From the human T2T-CHM13v2.0 reference genome, Homo sapiens: a stretch of DNA of 64,000 nt. The stretch lies in the NCBI RefSeq assembly GCF_009914755.1, contig NC_060928.1, one strand, 5' to 3'. A model generated the notes under the pieces. It worked only from the letters and a program-made list of their open reading frames with translations, made no database searches and was not told where the DNA came from. How positions within the stretch are numbered: position 1 is the stretch's first letter; the number at the start of each line of letters is the position of its first letter. This document shows, piece after piece, positions 50,790-64,000 of this stretch. Position numbers and translations under genes: made by a program.

Positions 50790-52003
50790 TATTACTGAAT
50801 GTAAATGGGCTAAATGCCACAATTAAAAGGCACAGAGTAGCAAGCTGGATAAAAAACCAATACCCAATTGTATGCTGTCTTCCAAAGACCCATCTCACAT
50901 GCAATGACACCTATAGGCTTAAAATAAAGAGATGAAGGAAAATCTCCAAACAAATGGAGAACAGAAAAAAACAGGGGTCACAATCCTAATTTCAGAAAAA
51001 ACAGGCTTTAAGCCAACGGAGATCAAAAAGGATACAAAAGGGCATTACGTAATGGTAAAGGGTTCAATTCAACTGGAAGATCTAACTATCCTAAATATAT
51101 GTGCACCCAACATAGGAACATCCAGATTCATAAAGCAATTTCTTAGAGACCTTCAAAGAGACTTAGACTCCCACACAATACTAGTGGGAGACTTCAACAC
51201 CCCACTGACTAGACAGATCATCAAGGCAGAAAATTAAGAAAGACATTCAGGACCTTAACTCAGCACTGGATCAAATGGACCTGATAGACACCTATAAAAC
51301 TCTCCACTCCAAAACAACAGAATATACATTCTTCATTCATCAATATACATTCATCACCACATGGCACATACTCTAAAACTGACCACACAACCAGACATAG
51401 AACAATCCTCAGCAAATAAAAAAGAACTAATATACCAACCATTCTTTTGGACCACAGTGCAATAATATTAGAAATCAAGACTAAGAAAATTGCTCAAAAC
51501 GATACAATTACATGGAAATTAAAAACCTGCTCCTGAATGACTTTTGGATAAATAATGAAATTAAGGCAGAAATTAAGAAGTTCCCTGAAACTAATGAGAA
51601 CAAAGATAAAACATACCAGAATCTCTGGGACACAGCTAAGACAGTGGTAAGAGGGAAATTTGTAGCACTAAATGCCCACACCTGAAAGTTAGAAAGATCT
51701 CAATTTAACAACCTAACATCACAAATAAAAGAACTAGAGAACCAACAGCAAACCAATCCCAAAGTTAGCAGGAGAAAAGAAATAACCAAAATCAGAGCTG
51801 AACTGAAGGAGATTAAGATGTGAAAAACCATTCAAAAGATCAATAAATTCAGGAGTTGGTGTTTGAATAAGATAATAAAATAGGCCACTAGCTAGACTAA
51901 TAAAAAAGAAAAGAGTTAAAATCCAAATAAACACAATTAGAAATGACAAAGGGTATATTATCACTGACCACACAGAAATATAAGTAACTGTCAGAGACTA
52001 CTA
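50790..52003 (+). mobile_element. Isolated L1PA/PB ORF2 endonuclease-region fragment without 3' end
   Basis: aatgtaaatgggctaaatgcc (NVNGLN); ORF 50932-51237 with VGDFNTPLT; stops abruptly at tcagagactacta. Confidence 0.85.
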
Positions 52004-52639
52004 TTTTCCAAAAATGTAAAATGTATAGCATTTGTCTAACAGCTCAAAAGTGTAAGGCAAGTTAAATTCTGTTTCAGCTGTTTAAAATTGCATATTAAGT
52101 TGCTTTACTGCGATTCCAAGCACCTTGACATGAGAAATGGTACTATGACTTTCGTATATTTCTACACACTTGTAGTGAGCCTTAAGCCTAGTTTGAGAGA
52201 TATGCTTTAAAATAGCCAATAAGATTACAACTTAGTCAAATAAGTTGTGAAGACTTTATCTCTTACATGCTTCTTATTTATAGATTTTTTGTGCTATTAT
52301 TTAACAAATAGATTATGAACTAGATGCTGAAAAGGAAGTTATGCAATTTCTGTTCAATCTGTTTTTTAAAAAAACTGTCTAGCAATTAAATGATCTGAGT
52401 GAATTGGAGTTTATGATTCTAATTTTACTTTTCTGTGTTGTCTCCTGATTTTTTTGAGAAGCCAACTGAACGGTTTGATAGTAGTTTATATTATTGTGTA
52501 GGTAGTATATTCTAGGAGATGTTTAGAAATTTAAAACTCATTATATCTAGTTTAATTCCTAATATCTCCACGAAATAGCTAATGGGATTTGAATAATGGC
52601 CTGTATAAATCATACATTTATGCTTTAATTATTGCATTA

Positions 52640-54400
52640 CTTTAATTCATTCATTTGTTCTTTTAGCCATTATATATTATTTTCCCATTATGTGTCTAGC
52701 ATGGCTGTAGATACTGAGATTGCAGTGGTGAATAAGCCAATCAAGGCATTGACTCTCCCCAGTTTCCAGCCTGGTAGAGGGCAAAAATATCAAGTAAATG
52801 AGTAAGTAAGTAAACAGATAACAGATGGCAATAAATGTATGAAGAAGATTAAAAGGTGATATGATACAGATAAGGACATATAGCTAAGAGGAGCTCTTGT
52901 TTTAACTGAGATCAGAATGATAGTAATTAACTAGCCACAACAAGATAAGAAGAAGCCCCTTTTCAGGCAGAAAACACAGCTAGTGTAAAAAGCCAAAGAC
53001 GAAAATCAGTTTATCCTGTTCCAGGGAAACGAGAAGTTGAATGTGCTTGAAATGAGTGGGTAATGTGAAGCATAAGGCAAGATAAGTTAAGGAGGCAGGC
53101 AGAATTAAATGATTTAAGACTTTATAAGCTAGGGAAAGAATTCATATCTTAAGCGTAATGGAAAACTACTAGAGTTTTTAAAAATGTCTTTTATGTAAAC
53201 AGTGAATTGTTCACGGTAAAAGTAAAGGCTGAGAGTTCAGCTAGGGTGTCCCTGTAGCGATTCTGATGAGAGATAACATTAGGTAAACATAGAAGGTAAT
53301 GCAGATGGAGAGAAGCAGATAGTTTGGGATTATGTTTTTGAGGCAGAGTTGAAAAGGCTTTCAGACTGATTAGATGTGGGTAAGAGAGAAAAATAAGAAA
53401 GAGAATTTATCTGCTTAAACAGCTTATTGAATGATAGCACCATGTATTAAGATGCAGATCAGAGGAAAAATTAGTTTTGGGGTGTTATGACCACTTCCTA
53501 TTCATCCCATTGGTGAAGGAGGAATCTCGTGCCCAAAATTATAGGAGATGTTCAAGCACACAACCCCTGACACTGGACAGATGAGATCATCCAGCCACAA
53601 CACACTGCATGCTGTGAAGGGCCACACAGGTGTTGCACTCAGGAGCTGAGTGAACTGGGCTGTGGGAGGCAGGCTTTGTTAGTAATGGGAGGGTGAGATG
53701 TCCCCTGGTTCCTGCAGAAGGATTGGATTGCTTTGCTTGAGTAATTGTATGGGTTGGCCGGGAGATTAAACCTGTTAGGTTGAGGACAGGGTAGAATGCA
53801 ACAGCTGACGGAAGAACTAGCTGGGCAGAGAACATTTCCTACTGAGTAGGGGCATATCTGGTGACAGCAAGAGAACTCACAGATAGGCCTTTCGGGCCCT
53901 GTAAAGTTAAAAATGTCAAGGCAGCACTTGAAAGTTTAGGTCTTACCCTACGTCGGGGAAATTAAGGTCCCTTTGGCCATGTTACATTTGAGATGACTGT
54001 AAAGACTGCATCGAAGTGGAGACATCATGTTGTATATGTAAGTCTGAAACTGTGAGACATCAGAATTGGAGGTAAAGATTTAGGCGATAAGGACATTTAA
54101 CATCATGGGACTGAGTAGAAGAATGTGTAGATAGAGAAGAGAAAAGGTTGAGCTTTAGATGCGTTTCAACATTGAGAGTTGGAGCAGAGGAAAGGGAGCA
54201 TCAAGGAGACTTGGAAGAGTAGCTATTGAGGTAGGAAGAAAACCAGGAAGGCGAAGTGTTATGAGCCGAGAGAAGCATTCCAAGAAGGAAGTGATTATTT
54301 CTGACAAATGCTGCTGAGTTGTCATAGAAGGTAAGTAATCATCAGACCTACAACGTGATAACCTTGACAAGAGAGTCTCTGTAGAGTTGTGGGAAATTGG
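52640..54400. mobile_element. L2 remnant interrupted by an LTR-like insert (~53484-53952)
   Basis: L2-like ttcattcatt end and purine-rich body; insert has distinct GC-richer LTR-like sequence, family not assigned. Confidence 0.55.
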
Positions 54401-57073
54401 ATGTTCTTGGTAGGTACTTATTTATAGTTAGTTGAAACTAGTGGTGTCTGCTGGTCTGTAGCCTCTAGTTACTGTTTCCTGTTAATCGCACTATGTAAAA
54501 AATAATCTATGGAATCAAAGGCAAATTGATAAGCTCAGAATTCCATAGAAAATTGGCCTCATCTCCCTTTCACAAGTCAATGTAAGATTTTGTGAGCTGT
54601 TTTCTATCCAATAGTGCAATTGCTTATGGTCATAGGCAGGAGTATAACAAGCACCCCATGGCCCTGCCTTTCTGTCATGGCACACTCCATGATTGGTTAT
54701 ACTGGGGCCCTGTTAACCTACTTTATTTTCACAAACAAGACAAGCTCCCATCTCAGAGCACTGGCACATACTTTTCTCTCCGTCTGGAAACATAATCTCT
54801 TTTCTTCTGGATGATCTCAACTTTAGGATCACCTTAGGTTTCTTCTTAAATGTCCCTTTCTTAGGAAAGTCTTCCTGGTCTCATAAATTGGCTTATGTTT
54901 CCCTGCAATGCACTCTTATCCTGATTTTTCCCTTTACAACTCTTGAACGCATCTGCATTCCATGTTCATATAATTATCTGAGTACTATCTCCTTTACTCG
55001 ACTATAAATTCTATGAAGTCATCTTCTCAATATATTTTATTCTTCACGGTATTTCTGGTGCTTGGCACAAGCCCTGGTGTAAAGGGAGTGAACAATAAAT
55101 TATAAAAATAAAATAATAATAAATACCAGAGGGTTTTTCTTTGAGGGAGGTGGCAGACAGTTTATTAATTCTTTTTTTTCTTCTTTTTTATTTTATTTTT
55201 GTTACAGATGAAAACATTTACTTCAGACTGTTTACTACTGTTCGATTCTATTTTTCCTTTGATTTTCTCTTCTCAGTCATAAGTGGAAATGGAAGGGATT
55301 CATTCAAAGGTAGGGATAAGGACAAAATCCATTTCAATTAAAAAATTACCTTATGTATAGGATAAGATTATTGAAATGGAAATTATTCTGTTTATTAGTA
55401 TTGCTTAACTTATTTGCTTCTGTGCTCAACTTCACTGTTTAAAAAACCTCATCGAACATCAAACTGTAATATCTACATAAAAATAGTTTTATTTCAGGAA
55501 AGCTACACTAGTTTATATATAGTTTCATAGTAAAATTTTATCTACTTTTGTTGTTATTTTTGCACTGCATATACTTTAAAATATTAATGACTAACAAACA
55601 TGGGAAGATATTTTGTTAATGGAATAATGCTTCAGAGTTCTTTTTGTCATTCCGTGGTCAGTAATTACTTACCAGCAGTAGACAATGTTCTGAGACAGGG
55701 GATTGTCTACACTCCATACATAATCTTCATTTCAACTTTGCCCCTCACTCTGAACTTGGTGTCACTCAGTTCTTGATCTTTATATCTCCCCTCCCTGTAC
55801 CTCAAGCCCTTTATCTCTCCACTCATACTTGACCCTTATTGTTTCCCACATTTCCCTCTCTGAACTGAAGTGGTAAGTCTCAGACATGAACTGAGCACAG
55901 TGCTTTAAAAATTGTGGTAATAAAACAAAGCTGAATATTTCATCAAAAGCCTTCCTGAAATAAAAATGACTGCATTAGTATTGCTGGGCCAAAATGTTAT
56001 GTACTAGCTTGTGTATATAGTAGAAATTAAAAAAAAATTTTTTTCATTGCTAATAATGATTCAGGAAACACACTGCACACCAAGTTTGATCTGACATGTT
56101 ACAGTTAGGAAAGGCTTTGATCATTTGTAATCAGATTAGTGTACAGTCAAATGACTTTGATGGCTGGCTGAGAGAATCTGAGAAGAATGCGAGGAAGACA
56201 TGAGAATGTCTTCATTTGTGTGAATCTAAATTGATATTATAAAAGGTAACTGGCTCTGCCTTGCAGAAGAAATTTTTCAGTTGGCATTGTCAAATCTCAA
56301 GATAGTTTTATTGGTGCCTGATGATATACCATTAGCTTTCTTAACTTCGAAAGTTATTTAGCAGTTAGTGGAAAAAAAATTGTGTATTACTTAGGCTTCC
56401 TTGTTCCTGCATACTCTGTTCTCTGTGCTTGCCTTTTTTCTCCTCTTCAGATAATTTGTATTTATTCTTTAGGATTCAGCTCAAGCATCTCTTTGTGAAA
56501 ATTATTCCCTGTTTATCTCTTCTTTCCTACCAATTCTTTGACATAGGCAGAGGTCTTCTCCCCAACCTGCTCTCATGGCACTCTCTCTCTATATATATAT
56601 TCTTTGATAATTTATTATATTGTAGTGAAATTATTTGTTCACAAATGTAACTGGAGGTTAACTTGCATTTTGATGGTTCAACAAGATAGATTCATCAAGG
56701 ATAGATGCAATATTAATCAAGTCTGTCAGGCATAGATTAGAATTTTTATCCAAGGAACAATATATAAAAAATAAATAAATGAAAATGACTATATAATAAT
56801 ACTTATTCTTTCATAAGTTCTCAAATTTGTCTTTCCATGTAGGAAGACAATATACTAGTCAGTATTCTGATATTTTCTCCAGTTTCTGGGAACTTTGTTA
56901 ATATTGCTTAACTATCTTAATTTGGAATCAATACTGGGACACCCTAAGGCTTAGAATAAGAACCAGAACTGGGGTTAATTGATCATGGTAACCAGGCTTC
57001 ATACAATGTCTAAGCATTCATCTGATCAGCCTCTTCTCTGAAAACACTATGTGCTTTAAAACACATAGAGGTG

Positions 57074-57382
57074 GGCCAGGTAGTGGCTCACGCTTGTAAT
57101 CCCAGCACTTTGGGAGGCCGAGGCAGGTGGATCATGAGGTCAGGAGATTGAGACTATCCTGGCTAACACGGTGAAACCCCGTCTCTACTAAAAATACAAA
57201 AAATTAGCTGGACATGGTGGCGGGCGCGTTGTAGTCCCAGCTACTCAGGATGCTGAGGAAGGAGAATGGCGTGAATCCGGAAGGCAGAGCTTGCAGTGAG
57301 CCAAGATCACGCCACTGCACTCCAGCCTGGGTGACAGAGCAAGACTCCATCTCAAAAACAAAACAAAACAACAACAAAAAAA
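57074..57382 (+). mobile_element. AluY-like
   Basis: AluY-type motifs; degenerate TSD aaaacacatagaggtg / aaaacacttataggtg. Confidence 0.93.
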
Positions 57383-57908
57383 CACTTATAGGTGGTAGTT
57401 CATCTACTTCAAAACTACTACACGAAATGCATAATGTCTACTCTTTAAAGATTAAAACATCAGAACGCAAAACACTTGTTTGTTTCCTAGGGTTATTATG
57501 ATAGTCATAGATGGATAAACATAGCATTTACTTCAAGTTCATGTGGCTGCATCTCAGAAACTATTAGTTAAAGCCATGGGTAGGTTCTAGAGTCAAACTA
57601 CCTGGATGCAAAGCTTAGTTTCATGAGTAGCAAACTGTAGTTTGGGCAGGATGCTTAAAATTTCTGTTCTAATTTCTTCATTTATAAGATTGGGATAATA
57701 CTCTAGTTCATTAAGTTGTGTTTAATAAGCCATGTATGACTTTCAAAATACTGACTAAATGCTTAAGTTGGTAATATGAGGTGTGAGGCTGATTAAAGAT
57801 AATAAATTATATTTGACAAAATAAATGTTAACTTTTAACAACTCTTACTAAACTGAACATAGTTGTTTTGCCTTCTTACACATATTTTCTGTTAAAGACA
57901 GATAAAAT

Positions 57909-62441
<4,533 letters not shown>

Positions 62442-63044
62442 TAGATAAGATGCATAAATTGAACAATCTCTAAGACTACATGGAAAGGAAACTCTTGTTC
62501 TTGGTATAATATTATGGACCACTGTGAATGTTCTATGGACTTTGTATTCTATATATACTCATATTCTCTGAGGATGATCATAATGGTAGATTGAAATATC
62601 ACAATGATCTCAACCCCATTCTTAGCAATGCAATTTCATGTGATCATTTAAAAGTATTAGCAATGCACTTATATAGTGCTTAGATATTTTTAGTTGCTTT
62701 CACTCTTATCTATAAGGGGTTGTCCTTAATAATCATAGTTTACAAGATTATCATGTGAGGTAGGTTGCTATCATACAAGGTAGATGAACTACATTGTGTA
62801 TTGAACCATGTATTCCATGGATTTTGACAGGCATAAAAGATAAATGGCTGATTTGTGTTTGTGGAAGTTCATTCAATTCCTGAGAAAAATCAGGAGGTGA
62901 AATCTAAGAAATATTAAGCCATCGAGAGGAGGCAGCTATCTTTTTGAAATTAAGATGGGATGACAGGTCTTTCAGCCTGAGAACAGCTAGCATGTGTACT
63001 TTAGTTGTCATGCTCAAGGTCAAAAGAAATTTCAAAGTAGTTAA

Positions 63045-63609
<565 letters not shown>

Positions 63610-64000
63610 TGATTTTATTTCACTATGAATTTGGAGCTCTAAGCCTAAAAGAAGGTTTCTCATAATTCATGGAAAAAGGAGGAAACTTTCTCTAAAATAT
63701 TTCTTGTGTGCATATTTACAAAACCTAAACATAGATTTTTTTTGGAAATATTTAAATATGCTATTTTAAAGAGTTTCATTTTTCCGTGTTTATATAAGGC
63801 ATGTTAAAATAGTTGTACACCTAAGATAATACAGCAGCTTTCAGCATTTAAGTATAAGTGATTGAATGTTGATTTATGAACATTACAGACCAGAAGATTA
63901 ATAAAAATTTTTGCATAGTGAAAAATAATTAGGATTTGACCTCATTTTTATGCTTATATCCATATAAGGAATATTTTCACTTATTTTATGTTTAAATATC

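Overview
Repeat-dense, AT-rich primate (very probably human) genomic DNA with no intact protein-coding gene. Every informative ORF in the track is retroelement- or pseudogene-derived; the rest are Alu or microsatellite artefacts. Main landmarks: (1) many LINE-1 copies, three with twin-priming 5' inversions; (2) a pair of young L1PA copies in inverted, tail-to-tail orientation (13584-17220 and 23614-25799) sharing at least 8 non-consensus changes including an ORF2 frameshift, best explained by ectopic gene conversion, one of them also carrying a short 3' transduction; (3) an internally deleted LTR18/HERV-S-like provirus with an env remnant (32020-33362); (4) a 5705-bp two-LTR HERV-H provirus on the minus strand (39669-45373, TSD TGTAT) whose poly(A) signal reads AATAGA in both LTRs; (5) a full-length DDX3X processed pseudogene with 5' UTR, ~2.4-kb 3' UTR and degenerate TSD (57909-62441). 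From memory only, this may be the DDX3P3/4q24 region near TACR3; BLAT is needed to confirm. I found no convincing new biological system. The best leads are mechanistic: L1-L1 conversion/inversion substrate, HERV-H read-through, locally templated insertions, and candidate lncRNA exons. Subfamily names and consensus comparisons are from recall, not RepeatMasker; boundaries of old repeats are approximate.
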